Below are positions 46,924 to 57,300 of a stretch of 64,000 nucleotides of DNA, piece after piece. The stretch is from Terriglobia bacterium (GTDB lineage Bacteria; Acidobacteriota; UBA6911), in the NCBI GenBank assembly GCA_020072565.1, contig JAIQGI010000040.1, forward strand, positions 8 through 64,007. Direction: 5' to 3'. Positions within the stretch are counted from its first letter, which is position 1. The number at the start of each line of letters is the position of its first letter. Below the pieces are notes generated by a model that was given only the letters and a program-made list of their open reading frames with translations, did not search any database and was not told the DNA's origin. The position numbers were made by a program, and so were the translations under genes.

Positions 46924-48180
46924 ATGGTTTCTCGCCGGAGTTTCTTAACGCTTGGCGGTCTTTCGGTCACTTCAGCGGGCTTTGCCGGCCGCCTCTTTGC
47001 CCACGCCGCACAAGAGCAGCAATCACGTCTGCAAAACATGACCGCAGGCGTGACACCGCTCACGCCTGAGGACTATGAGGCGCGGCAGGAAAAGGCTCGC
47101 CGGCTGATGACAGAGCACCAGATCGACGGTCTGTTCCTCATCGGCAGTCCGGATATGAGGTACTTCACCAGTGTCAGCGCCGGTGTGAGTGAGCGCACCA
47201 CCGGAGCGATTTTAAACAGAAAGGGAAAACCGGTCTGGGTTGTGCCGGCGTTCGAACTCGAAATGTGGAAGGAAACCATTCCGCCAAACCACGAGATTCG
47301 CGCCTGGCAGGAGCACGAAAGCCCATACAAGCTGATAGCCGGCGTGATGAAGGACCTCGGCGCGGGCAGCGGCCGGCTCGGCCTGGGGCCGCAGGTGCGG
47401 AGCTTCCATTCCTTTGGACTTCGACAGGATGCCCCGAATCTTCAACTCGTCCATGGCGCAGTTATCACCGAAGGCTGTCGCGGCATCAAGACAGAAAAAG
47501 AGATCGCTTTCATGGAGCTGGCGAACAAGATCACCAAGCTCGCATACCAGCAGGGCTTCAAGAGCCTGAAAGAAGGCATGAGCACGGGAGACCTGTCGAG
47601 CGCCATCAGTGCGGCGCACCGACAGATGGGAGTGAGCGGAAGCGGCGGGCCGCAATTCGGGCTGAACACCGCGTTTCCCCATGGTTCCCGCGTGGTGCGC
47701 ACCCTCAAGGAAGGGGACGCCGTCATGGTTGACGGCGGCTGCAATATTGAAGGGTTCAGCTCCGACGTCACCCGCACGGTGGTTTTCGGCAGGCCGACCG
47801 ACCGCCACCGGCAGGTGTTCGACATTGTCAAGAAAGCGCAGATGGCGGCGCTGAAGGCGGCCAGGCCCGGCGTGCCCTGTGAACAGGTGGATGCCGCGGC
47901 ACGCAAGGTGGTCGAGGATGCGGGATTCGGTCCGGGGTATAAGTATTTCGCCCATCGCGTGGGTCACGGCATCGGCATGGAGGGTCATGAGTACCCTTAC
48001 CTCGTGAAGGGGAACCAGTTGAAGCTCGAGCCGGGCATGACCTTCAGCGATGAGCCGGGAATCTATATCTACGGGGAGTTCGGCATACGCACGGAAGACT
48101 GCTTTGTCGTGACACAGGATGGAGCACGCTTCCTCGGAGGCATGGAAGCTCTCGCCATTGATCAGCCGTTCAGCAGTTAA
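46924..48180 (+). CDS. M24-family Xaa-Pro aminopeptidase/dipeptidase with a Tat signal
   Basis: MVSRRSFLTLGG twin-arginine motif. Metal ligands sit in DGGCNIEGFSSDVTRT, HRVGHGIGMEGHE, EPGIY and IRTED. AAGGAGG RBS. Confidence 0.88.
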   Translation: MVSRRSFLTLGGLSVTSAGFAGRLFAHAAQEQQSRLQNMTAGVTPLTPEDYEARQEKARRLMTEHQIDGLFLIGSPDMRYFTSVSAGVSERTTGAILNRKGKPVWVVPAFELEMWKETIPPNHEIRAWQEHESPYKLIAGVMKDLGAGSGRLGLGPQVRSFHSFGLRQDAPNLQLVHGAVITEGCRGIKTEKEIAFMELANKITKLAYQQGFKSLKEGMSTGDLSSAISAAHRQMGVSGSGGPQFGLNTAFPHGSRVVRTLKEGDAVMVDGGCNIEGFSSDVTRTVVFGRPTDRHRQVFDIVKKAQMAALKAARPGVPCEQVDAAARKVVEDAGFGPGYKYFAHRVGHGIGMEGHEYPYLVKGNQLKLEPGMTFSDEPGIYIYGEFGIRTEDCFVVTQDGARFLGGMEALAIDQPFSS

Positions 48181-48297
48181 GACCCACTGGAACGTCCGTC
48201 CTCAGAGTGAAACCTGACCGCCCAGACCCCAAGGCGCACAAGAAGCCGAAGCCCCTTGCGTCTTGGAGTCCCGGCGGTTTCTTTCTCCGGCTTGCCT

Positions 48298-48322
48298 GCC
48301 CGGGTGCATTGCCGGGCATTTT
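48298..48322 (+). terminator. Candidate intrinsic terminator in the convergent gap
   Basis: GCCCGG-gtgcattg-CCGGGC followed by ATTTT. It lies 118 nt after the peptidase stop. Confidence 0.3.
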
Positions 48323-48354
48323 CCCATGAAGGGACTGCAACTTTAACCTCTGCC

Positions 48355-49014
48355 TTAGTGCCCCTCGTTCCTGCCGCGCCAGAAGGAAGGGGTAGTGCTG
48401 ATAATCCCCTCCTTCCAGACCAGGCACTTGCGGCGCTTGAGCTGCTGAAGCAGGCGCGACAGGGTTTCCGGCGCGGCACCGATCGCCGCCGCCAGTTGCT
48501 TTTTGTTGATCTCGGCCGTGATCCGTTCCCTTTCGCCGTACTGTTCGTGCAGGAAGGCGCGCAGGCGCTCCTCGACGTCCTGGCTGGTCAACTGCCGGAT
48601 CTTCTCCGCCAGATAGCGCTGTTTGCGCAGCAACATGGCGATGAAGTCGTTGCGGAAATCCTCCTGCCGCAGAAGGCCGAGCAGGTCGCGGCGCGGAAGC
48701 TTGAACACGAGGACATCGGTCAGCGCCACGGCAGTGACTGGATAGACTTTCTCCTCAAAGAGGGTCACTTCGGCGAACACCTCGCCGGGCTTGATGACCT
48801 TGATGGCCACTTCGCGCCCGTCGGGGGTCAACTTGTGCAATCCGATGCGTCCGCGCGCCAGCAGAAACATGGCCTCGCCGGCATCGCCCTCGTGGAAGAG
48901 CACCGCCTTTTTCCGCCGCTCCCAGGGCAGGCAGAGCCTAGCCAGCGCCTCCTTGCTTGCGCCGGAAATGCCCTCGAAAAAGCGCGCTTGATCGATGATC
49001 AAGTGAGTGTTCAT
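48355..49014 (-). CDS. Crp/Fnr-family transcriptional regulator
   Basis: cNMP-binding-like N-terminal half (FFEGISGASKEALARLCLPWERRKKAVLFHEGDAGEAMFLLARGRIGL...) and a C-terminal HTH (ITAEINKKQLAAAIGAAPETLSRLLQQLKR). I prefer the ATG at 49014 over the extended track start. Confidence 0.85.
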   Translation of the reverse strand: MNTHLIIDQARFFEGISGASKEALARLCLPWERRKKAVLFHEGDAGEAMFLLARGRIGLHKLTPDGREVAIKVIKPGEVFAEVTLFEEKVYPVTAVALTDVLVFKLPRRDLLGLLRQEDFRNDFIAMLLRKQRYLAEKIRQLTSQDVEERLRAFLHEQYGERERITAEINKKQLAAAIGAAPETLSRLLQQLKRRKCLVWKEGIISTTPSFWRGRNEGH

Positions 49015-49175
49015 CGCCCGTCCCTGCAGCAGGCAGTTTATCGCAGTTGTCGCCAGCTGCCTACTTGTCGCGCCGTGAAGAACCGCGGAGCTGGGAAGGG
49101 ACATTCCCATGTTCCACTCAGAATGGCCGGTGACTGCACATCGACTGTAAAAGAGGGGTATCCCCTGGTTTAGGT

Positions 49176-50177
49176 TTAGCGGTTGCCGTCTTTCTTTATG
49201 GCCTGAATCCTTATGGCGCCCCCTTCTTTTATTGTGTAATCGGCAGGAACCTGAAACAGGCTTGGAGCAGGCTCGCTTCTTCTGATGTTTTTGAGCTGGT
49301 AAACACTCTCGCCCGATCTGGGGTCGTTACGCACAGTCTTGACCACCATTCCCAGCTCGGCGGAATACCATCGTTCCGAGACGATCTCAATCGGACTATC
49401 GTTGCCGATCGCCCCGGTGGGAATGATATCAATGGTCCGTGTGCCGACCGCCTCGACTCCCTCGATCATGCGCGCAGGCAGGGCTTCGGTTCGGCTTTCG
49501 GAGACGGGATCAATTTTCCCTGAGACGGCACGGGGTGCGACAAAAGTAACGCCGCCGGCAGTTCCCCCGACAATGCCACCGGCGACTCCCCCGGAAACGC
49601 CGCCAACGACGCCACCTTGAATTCCTTCGACCCTCTTAACGAATACGCCGGCATCCCCCGCAGAAGAGTAGGAAATAACAGCCGGAGAGTTCGGGTCCGA
49701 CGAAATGGAAATCGTCGTTTTGGTGGCGGTGTGATCCTCAGGATTGAGGGTGTAGCTCACTCCTGCCACCGGATCATTAATGAAGATGGTCTGAAGTGCG
49801 GCACCCGAGGAAACATACGGCATCATGACCTCGATCGACTGCTCGCGGCGCGTCCGCCCTTCGGAGTCCCGATAGAGCGCAGCCGTCGTTTTCCGATAGA
49901 GATGCTGGCCGTTGCTCAGAGTCTGCGTGAATTCTGTGACAGTATCCGCCGAAAAGGGCACTCCTTTGACCAGCTTGGTTTCGAAGCCCATCTCCGATTC
50001 AACGAATTTGAAGGTTGCAGTCTGGCCCGGCAACATCATGTTGCTTTCCACGGCAGCCCTCACCTGTGCCTTCGCTATCTGCTGTCCTTCGGGCTTTGCC
50101 TGTGCTCCGGCATAGATGGTCAGTGCAAGAGTCGCCATCAACCCGAGGGCCAATCGCCAATACTTCTGAATCTTCAT
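49176..50177 (-). CDS. Secreted hypothetical protein with a central Gly-rich GGxxGG repeat
   Basis: The ATG at 50177 has AAGGAG 7 nt upstream. Signal peptide MKIQKYWRLALGLMATLALTIYAGAQA. Central QGGVVGGVSGGVAGGIVGGTAGGV. It is the third gene after the ECF sigma and anti-sigma genes. Confidence 0.7.
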   Translation of the reverse strand: MKIQKYWRLALGLMATLALTIYAGAQAKPEGQQIAKAQVRAAVESNMMLPGQTATFKFVESEMGFETKLVKGVPFSADTVTEFTQTLSNGQHLYRKTTAALYRDSEGRTRREQSIEVMMPYVSSGAALQTIFINDPVAGVSYTLNPEDHTATKTTISISSDPNSPAVISYSSAGDAGVFVKRVEGIQGGVVGGVSGGVAGGIVGGTAGGVTFVAPRAVSGKIDPVSESRTEALPARMIEGVEAVGTRTIDIIPTGAIGNDSPIEIVSERWYSAELGMVVKTVRNDPRSGESVYQLKNIRRSEPAPSLFQVPADYTIKEGGAIRIQAIKKDGNR

Positions 50178-50223
50178 GTTCTGTCTCCTTTTCAAAACAT
50201 ACGTTTATGAAGGCGGACCGGCG

Positions 50224-51033
50224 CTAGCGCTTGGGCTCGTTGCCGGCCTGGACAATACTTGCATGTGTTTTGTTCAGGAAGCGGATGGCGCGCGCCCACC
50301 CGTCCTGGCCAATCAAAACCTGGGCCGTGACCGGTTCGTCCGCGCGTTCCTGATTCACGGGAATCCCGTAGGATGCCATCACGTTTCTGGGTAACTGCAC
50401 TCGAATCAGCTGCCCGCTTTCCATAGAGGAAAGCTCGGCGTTCGAAGCAAGCTGAATAAAATCGGATGCGATCTCGACCGGCGCCGGCGGTTCCTTGGGA
50501 ATCGTGGAGCGGGGAGCGGCTTGCTTCACTGAGAGGTTCGCATTTGCAGCCTCGGGGGCCGGAACAGCCTTGGGCTCTATGCGCTCGGGCGCCACGTCTC
50601 TCGCGGTTTGCCGGGGAGGCGCCGGAGATATTATCGGCAGCGCTGATCTCGGGCTCCTGGTTTCGTCAGGCTGGTTGATACGCAGCAGCCGGAAAGTCGT
50701 AACTCCCAAAAGTGCCACAACCAGGGCGGCGGCAATGCCCCAGTATCCGATCGACAAAACTCGCCGACCTGGCCGCGAAGAGGCCGCGGGCAGTGATGCC
50801 TCAGTGCGTGCCCGATATGCCGAAATCAGGGCCGCCTCGATATGCGCGGGCGCCTCGCCGGGATCCGCGGCCATAAGCTTGAGGGCTGCACTCAATGCGC
50901 GCTCATGCACCAGGCGTGCTGAGCAACCGGGACAGGACTCAGCATGCGCCAGCGCTTGCGAGCGTATGGACTCTTCCAGCACACACTCGCGGGCCAGATC
51001 CGTTATCAAATATTCAAAGCGCTGACAGTTCAT
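50224..51033 (-). CDS. Anti-sigma factor (zf-HC2 type) with one TM helix
   Basis: MNCQRFEYLITDL...HAESCPGCSARL (H-x3-C-x2-C). TM helix IGYWGIAAALVVALLGVTTF. ATGA start/stop overlap with the sigma gene at 51033-51030. Confidence 0.8.
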   Translation of the reverse strand: MNCQRFEYLITDLARECVLEESIRSQALAHAESCPGCSARLVHERALSAALKLMAADPGEAPAHIEAALISAYRARTEASLPAASSRPGRRVLSIGYWGIAAALVVALLGVTTFRLLRINQPDETRSPRSALPIISPAPPRQTARDVAPERIEPKAVPAPEAANANLSVKQAAPRSTIPKEPPAPVEIASDFIQLASNAELSSMESGQLIRVQLPRNVMASYGIPVNQERADEPVTAQVLIGQDGWARAIRFLNKTHASIVQAGNEPKR

Positions 51034-51650
51034 AGCAAGCACCTCGCGGGTTCTATCCCGGATGCGCGGGAATCCTCTTTTGTTTTCTCACGAAGCTTTT
51101 CCACCAACAGGATGCGTGCCCGGTGCAGCCGCGAGCGAATTGTCCCCTCGGGGCAACCAACCACGCGCGCTGCTTCGGCATAGCTAAGTTCCTGAAGCTC
51201 GCACAGAACGACAACTTCACGATAGCGAAGCGGGAGTGTCGCTACAGCACGGTTCAGCGCTTCGATCATCTCCCGACGGGTCAGCTCACCGAGAGGATCC
51301 GAGGGTATGCTCCGCGCTTTGTGCAGATCCCTCTGATCCGCTTCGGCATCCTGATCGATCGTCGCGAAGACCGGTTCCCGGGTCACCCGCCTCAGGACGT
51401 GATTGCGTGCAATGCCGTACACATAGGATGAAAACGAACCAAGCGCGGGATCGAAGCCCGACGCGCCGTTCATCAGCGCGAGAAAAACCTCCTGTGTGAC
51501 ATCCTCCGCCATCGATGCCGAACTGCCGATGCGCAGGGAAAAACGGTAGATGCTTCCCTGCCAGCGCCGGTAAAGAGCCACAAACGCAGCTTCTTCTCCG
51601 GCCGATGCCAGTTGATACAGTTGGATGTCGCTCGCGTCTTCAAATGCCAT
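51030..51650 (-). CDS. ECF (sigma-70 family group IV) sigma factor
   Basis: Region 2 is ...FVALYRRWQGSIYRFSLRIGSSASMAEDVTQEVFLAL.... Region 4 is LPLRYREVVVLCELQELSYAEAARVVGCPEGTIRSRLHRARILL. Confidence 0.9.
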   Translation of the reverse strand: MAFEDASDIQLYQLASAGEEAAFVALYRRWQGSIYRFSLRIGSSASMAEDVTQEVFLALMNGASGFDPALGSFSSYVYGIARNHVLRRVTREPVFATIDQDAEADQRDLHKARSIPSDPLGELTRREMIEALNRAVATLPLRYREVVVLCELQELSYAEAARVVGCPEGTIRSRLHRARILLVEKLREKTKEDSRASGIEPARCLL

Positions 51651-51693
51651 TTGCCGGCTTCTCGAAATTCCCCGGGCTCGCTTCAGTTAGTAT

Positions 51694-51720
51694 TTCACGC
51701 ACAGCACTCGATTGGTTCCA
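51694..51720 (-). promoter_or_regulatory. Candidate ECF-type autoregulated promoter (TGGAACC-N14/15-CGT)
   Basis: The gene-strand sequence is TGGAACCaatcgagtgctgtgCGTgaaat, about 45-70 nt upstream of the sigma-factor ATG. It resembles the generic GGAAC...CGT ECF promoter pattern. Confidence 0.35.
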
Positions 51721-51844
51721 TTTTTTCTTCCCTGATCGCTGCAATACTGCGGCTTCGCGCTGCCGGCTTCGTTCGAATGATGAACTCCACAAGAGCACGG
51801 GAACGGTGCAGCAGGGCATCACCGAACTGGGGCAGGTCCGGATC

Positions 51845-52003
51845 GGCATTAATCCGTGGGAGAACCATGCGCTCTTAGAGAGCCAGGCGGCGATCTATGA
51901 CGCCCCCAGGATCAAGACACCCTTCCTGATCCTTCACGGAACCGACGACGGCTCCGTAGATTGGCCTCAGGGATTGATGTTCTACAATCAGGCAAGAAAA
52001 GCG
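51845..52003 (+). pseudogene. C-terminal fragment of an S9 prolyl-oligopeptidase-family serine peptidase
   Basis: GINPWENHALLESQAAIYDAPRIKTPFLILHGTDDGSVDWPQGLMFYNQARKA matches the S9 '...NPW.N...Y...SP......IKTP.LilHGt.D..V...Q...fy.al' block around the catalytic Asp. The Ser and His regions are absent. The sequence runs straight into a palindromic repeat. Confidence 0.55.
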
Positions 52004-52009
52004 AGAGAG

Positions 52010-52080
52010 CAACGCAGAGGTCGCAGAGGTCGCGGAAAAAAGTCATGCAGAAGCGAAGATCCTCTGCGGCCTCTGCGTTG
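52010..52080. repeat. REP-like palindromic element built from tandem 9-mers
   Basis: CAACGCAGAGGTCGCAGAGG (52010-52029) pairs with CCTCTGCGGCCTCTGCGTTG (52061-52080). There is 1 mismatch in 20 bp and a 31-nt loop. Each arm is itself CGCAGAGGT x2. Confidence 0.6.
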
Positions 52081-52139
52081 AGGCTTTGGGTCGCGGATAT
52101 TCCGCACCGTCGATTTTGTGGTTCACCTCGGATTCATGA

Positions 52140-53870
52140 TTAATACTGGGCACCGTCCCGCTTGTAGACCAACTTACCTCCGACCACGGTAAAATCGACC
52201 CGGTTTTTCATGATCTGTTCTTTCGGCATGGTCATGAGGTCCTTTTCGAAGATCACCATGTCGGCAAGATATCCCGCTTTGAGCATCCCTTTGCGGTTTT
52301 CCATGAACTCGGCGTATGCCGATTGCAGGGTGTAGAGCTCGATCGCCTTCTCCATAGTGAGGATCTGATCCGGAAACCAGCCGGGGCCCGGCTCGCCCTT
52401 GCGGTCTTTGCGCGTCACCGCGGCGTAGAGCCCTTCCAGGGGGTCGAGCGGCTCGACCGAATAGTCGGTGCCGAAGGCGACATGAGCCCCGGCATCGAGC
52501 AGTTTGCGCCATACGTATGCGCCTGTCTTGCAGCGCTCCGGTCCGAGGCGTTTCTCGGCGAACCGCTTGTCGGTGATGCAGTGGGTGGGCTGCATTGAAG
52601 CAATGACACCCAGCTGGGCAAACCGCGGGATGTCCGCTGCAATCAGGATCTGTGCGTGTTCGCTCCGGTGGCGGCTGTCTCTCTCGCCGTTGACCTGCTG
52701 CGCCTTCTGGTAGGCATTGAGGATCCAGTTGTTGGCCTTGTCCCCGATCGCATGGATGCCGATCTGGAAGCCTTTGGCGTCGGCAGCGACGATCCGGCGT
52801 TCCAGCTCTTCGTAGGACATCTGCGGCAGGCCCGTCTTGCCGGGCTCATCGGCAAAGGGCTGAAACAACAAGGCAGTTCCCGATCCGAGAGTCCCATCGA
52901 TGTATCCTTTGAGATATCCAAAACGGATCCAATCCCCGTCCGCAGGATATTTCTTCCTCAGCTCATCGTAACGCGCGAGTTGTTGGGCGTTATCGGTAAG
53001 CGATCCGCCGATATAGACGCGAGCCGTCAGCTTCCCGTCTGCGAGGAATTTCTGGTACCTGTCAAAGTTGCCGCCGGGCGGCAGTTGGATCGAGGTCACG
53101 CCGAGCCGCGCGGCCATGGCGAGGGCATCCTGCAACCCCTTCATCGTTCGCGCCTCCTCTTCAGCGGGAGTCCTCTGGACGCGTACGGCGCCGTATTTCA
53201 AGAGCGCCCTGGCCGATTCCTTGAAGATACCCGTCGGCTCGCCCGTGGCCGGATCGCGCTGGATTTCGCCGCCGGGCGGATCGGGCGTCCCTTTGGTAAT
53301 GCCGGAGTTCTTAATCACAAAGCTGTTGACCAGAACCGAGTGGCCGTCCGCCCTGTCCAGAGCCACCGGATTGTCGGGAGCAACCTTGTCCAGCAATTCC
53401 TTGGTGGGCCATTGCCGGTTATAGAACATCTCGTGCTCCCAGTGGCCGCCGCGGATCATTTCGCCCGGCTTCGCCCCCCGGACCTTTTCAGCCACGCGTT
53501 CCGTGATGACTTTGGGATCGGTGACGTAGCGCAGATCGACATAGTCGGGATCCAGCGGGCCGAAGTGAGCGTGGGCGTCATTGAATCCCGGGATCACGAG
53601 GCGCCCCTTCGCATCGATGACCTGAGTTGCCCCCGCTTGGATATATTTCCCGATCGCCTGATTCGTGGTCACCGCGACGATTTTGTCCCCCTTAACCGCA
53701 ATCGCCTCCGCGCGGGGATGATCATTGTCGATCGTGACAATCTTGGCATTCCTGATGACCAGATCCGCAGAAGACCCGGCAGTGCGCTCCTGCGGGACTC
53801 CGAGGGAGAAAAAGAAAGTCAGAAAAACGAGAGCCAGGACTACCTTGATGACTCTTGGGCAGGATTTCAT
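52140..53870 (-). CDS. Secreted metal-dependent amidohydrolase (Amidohydro_3/YtcJ-like, 576 aa)
   Basis: The ATG at 53870 has AAGGAG upstream. Signal peptide MKSCPRVIKVVLALVFLTFFFSLG. ...IPGFNDAHAHFG (HxH). Later motifs are GIHAIGD, HAQIL and FGTDYSVEP. The 142-aa upstream extension in the track ORF is not credible. Confidence 0.85.
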   Translation of the reverse strand: MKSCPRVIKVVLALVFLTFFFSLGVPQERTAGSSADLVIRNAKIVTIDNDHPRAEAIAVKGDKIVAVTTNQAIGKYIQAGATQVIDAKGRLVIPGFNDAHAHFGPLDPDYVDLRYVTDPKVITERVAEKVRGAKPGEMIRGGHWEHEMFYNRQWPTKELLDKVAPDNPVALDRADGHSVLVNSFVIKNSGITKGTPDPPGGEIQRDPATGEPTGIFKESARALLKYGAVRVQRTPAEEEARTMKGLQDALAMAARLGVTSIQLPPGGNFDRYQKFLADGKLTARVYIGGSLTDNAQQLARYDELRKKYPADGDWIRFGYLKGYIDGTLGSGTALLFQPFADEPGKTGLPQMSYEELERRIVAADAKGFQIGIHAIGDKANNWILNAYQKAQQVNGERDSRHRSEHAQILIAADIPRFAQLGVIASMQPTHCITDKRFAEKRLGPERCKTGAYVWRKLLDAGAHVAFGTDYSVEPLDPLEGLYAAVTRKDRKGEPGPGWFPDQILTMEKAIELYTLQSAYAEFMENRKGMLKAGYLADMVIFEKDLMTMPKEQIMKNRVDFTVVGGKLVYKRDGAQY

Positions 53871-54310
53871 GGGCACGCTCCTTTTCAACCAAGGCAGGGT
53901 GAACCAAGACCGCAAAGGCCGGGCGGCCTGACAGCATCGGCTTCCGCATGATAAGTCAATTCCCTGGGCAGGAGCATATCTTTTTGCATAAGCCGCTGTC
54001 TCAAAGATTCTGAGGAAAAGCAAAGGATAAACGCCGGCGCGCGCAGCGAAGCGGGGGCTCGGAGAGTTCAGAGGCAATCGTGCTGCCGACTGGATCGTTG
54101 AAGATTTCCTTAATTCCTGTAAGATCTCACCTGCAAACGACGCTTTGTTCAATATCGGGTATGGGATCGCCGTCGGATCAGGGACGGACATGAAACGAGA
54201 CAACTGGGTGTTGTCTGTTGTTACGGGCAGGCATCCAAATTCTGGCCGGACTGCAGGCAGCGCCAGGTGTCGGGTTTCTGTTACTCTCGCAGTCACCTGG
54301 GCTATAATGA

Positions 54311-57300
54311 ATGGATTATCTGTCAGGTCGGGTTGCGGTCATGGATGACTCCCCGGAAAAAATCGAGGGGAAGTGTTGCGCAGCGCTTGAAAACTCCAAC
54401 GCTGATGCCGTCCAAACCTCGCCTCAGCGGTTTGTCGGCATTGACATCGGGGCGGAAACGCTCAAGGCTGTAGAACTGGTGCGCCATGACGGATCGTTGC
54501 GGTTGATGCGGCGCACGCTCATAGAACATGCGAAGAATCCGGGGCCTGCTCTTCTGCGTATTCTCGATGAATGGGACTGGAACAAGGTTCAAGGTGCGGC
54601 AGTCAGCGGACGGCTCAGCCGCCATGTGAATCTCCCGCGCGTGCCCACCAAGCGAGCCATGACCTATGGCTATCGTTTCCTTGTCGATGACCAACCGGGA
54701 ACAATTGTCTCACTTGGCAACCACGGCTTTGCCGTCCTGGAACTGCGTGCCAGCGGGCTGGAAGTGCTCAGGGAGAACAGCCGTTGCGCCCAGGGTACGG
54801 GCAATTTCCTCAGGCAGCTCGTGGAACGGTTCGCTCTCTCCATCGAGGAGGCTTCCGAACTCTGTGCCGACGTAAACGACCCGGCACCGCTCTCGGGCCG
54901 CTGTCCCGTTATCCTGAAGACGGACATGACACACCTGGCCAACAAAGGCGAACAGAGGGCCAGGATCCTGGCGGGTCTGTTTGACGCTGTCTGCCAGAAC
55001 GTCTTCACACTGATTAAACCGGGGACCACTCCCCCCGATGTCACGCTGATCGGCGGGGTGAGCCGGTCACGACGCGTGCAGAGAGTCTTTGCGGAGTTTC
55101 TTGAGGGGAATGGAATGAGGCTGCGATCGCTTCCTCCGGACGAGGCGCTGTTCCTCGAAGCCATCGGTGCAGCTGTAGCGGCCTCAACGACGGGTCGGGG
55201 AGTTTCTGCTCTATCTCAGTTGATTGCCGAGCCGGCCGAGGAAACACTGGAAAAACTTCCCACGTTGGCCGACTCTTTGCGACTTGTCAGGAGGCGCAAG
55301 TCTGTCCCGATGGTGCAGCGCAACGGTAATCCGCTGGATCTGATCCTCGGCTTCGATATCGGCTCGACGGGTTCCAAACTTGTCGCTTTGGATGTCTCCA
55401 GTTCCCAGACTGCCTGGGAAGGCTACCGGAAGACGAGCGGCGATCCGGTCGGAGCGGCGCAGGCGCTGCTGGGACACTTCCTCGACCAGCATGGGGACGA
55501 GGACCGGATCGTGGGTTTTGGCGTCACCGGAAGCGGGCGTGAGATCGTGGGCTCGCTCCTGATCTCCTGCTACGGAGAAGGTTGCGTTTTCATCCTGAAC
55601 GAGATTGCGGCCCATGCGGAGGGGGCCATGCACTACGATCCGCGTGTGGATACGATCTTTGAAATCGGCGGCCAGGACGCCAAATACATCCGCCTGGAAG
55701 AGGGCCGGATCGTCGACAGCGCCATGAATGAAGCGTGCAGCGCCGGCACGGGTTCATTCATCGAGGAACAAGGACAGAGGTTCTCGGGTTACCGCGACGT
55801 CGCCCAACTCGGCCGGGAAGCGGTCGCCGCCGACCACGGGGTCTCGCTGGGGCAACACTGCTCCGTGTTCATGGCCGAGATCATCGATGAAGCGGTCGCG
55901 GCCGGCGTGCATCAAAACTCGATCATCGCCGGCCTGTACGATTCGATTATCCAGAACTACCTCCACAGGGTGAAGGGCAACCGTTCGACGGGAAAAGTCA
56001 TATTCTGCCAGGGCATGCCCTTTTCAGCCGACGCCCTGGCAGCAGCGGTGGCGCGCCAAACCGGCAGCGAAGTGATCGTGCCTCCCAACCCCGGTACGGT
56101 AGGAGCCCTTGGCATCGCCCTCCTGACGCAGCGGGCCCTGCGCGGGCGCGAAAACACGCCGTCGAATCCGACCCGCTTCCTGGAAGCGCAGATTCAGGGG
56201 AAGGAGACCTTCGTCTGCAAATCGACCCGTGGCTGCGGTGGCGCGGGGAACCTCTGCAAGATCGATTCCATCCGCACCGTGGTCGCCGGCACACAGCAGC
56301 GCTTTTCATGGGGAGGGGCTTGCTCGCTCTACGACAAAGGGACAAGGAAGAAGAAGCTGCCCGACCTGTCGCCGGATCCATTCCGGGAGCGTGAAGACCT
56401 GGTGCGTGACCTGATACAGCCGTTCATCGAACGCCGCGGATTCAAAACGGTGTCGATCACCAATGAGTTCATACTCCGGGGGCTGCTGCCTTTCTTCGTC
56501 GCTTTCCTGCATGAGTTGGGATTCGATCCGGTGTTGAGCACAGGCGCAGATCAAGCCGCGCTCAAGCGAGGTATCCAGGAGGCCAACGTTTCCTTCTGCG
56601 CGCCGATGCAGCTCTATCACGGCATTGCGGGCCAAATGTCCGACGAGGGCGGCGATTTTATTTTCCTGCCCATGCTTCGCGGCCTCCCGCGGAATAACGG
56701 CGATAGAGACGCGAACACGTGCCCGATCGTTCAAGGCAGCAGCGACATTCTGCAGTGGAATCTCAAACATAAGTATGCCGGCAAAATCGTCACGCCCGTA
56801 ATCAACATGGGGCACGGCAATCTTCGCTCCCGCGAGTTCCTTACGAGCTGCGAGCACCTCGCCCGGGATCTGGGCGCGGACAACGACCGGTGGCGTGCGG
56901 CGCATGAGGTTGCGCTGGCCGTCCAGCAACGGTTTGATGAAGGCTGCCTGGAGATCGGACAGAGAGCGTTGTCTTTCTGCGCCGAGCGCAGACTACCCGC
57001 CATCATTGTTCTGGGGCGACCGTACACAATCTATAACAAGGTCCTGAACTCGAATGTGCCGGTGGTTTTGCGCGAGCAGGGGGTGCTGGCTATCCCCCTG
57101 GATTGCTATCCGGTCAGCGGGGATGTGCCTGCGTTCGATGGCATGTATTGGGGATACGGTCAAAGGATCCTGCGCGCTGCCCATCAGGTCCGGCGCTCTC
57201 GAGAAGTCTATGGTGTCTACTGCAGCAACTATTCCTGCGGACCCGACAGTTTCAATCTGCACTTCTGTGCGTACATCATGGAAGGGAAGCCTTTCGCCAT

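Noticed and set aside
49540-49620. Apparent nucleotide-level tandem repeat.
   Set aside because: It is the coding sequence of the GGxxGG glycine-rich segment of the secreted protein at 49176-50177. It is not a CRISPR or satellite array. No CRISPR-like repeat-spacer structure was seen anywhere in the window.
54303-54308. Perfect TATAAT 3 nt upstream of the activase ATG, suggesting a leaderless mRNA.
   Set aside because: The spacing would put the TSS downstream of the ATG at 54311, and the -35 region (TTACTC) is poor. It may instead drive a transcript that uses the ATG at 54341. The evidence is too uncertain to annotate.
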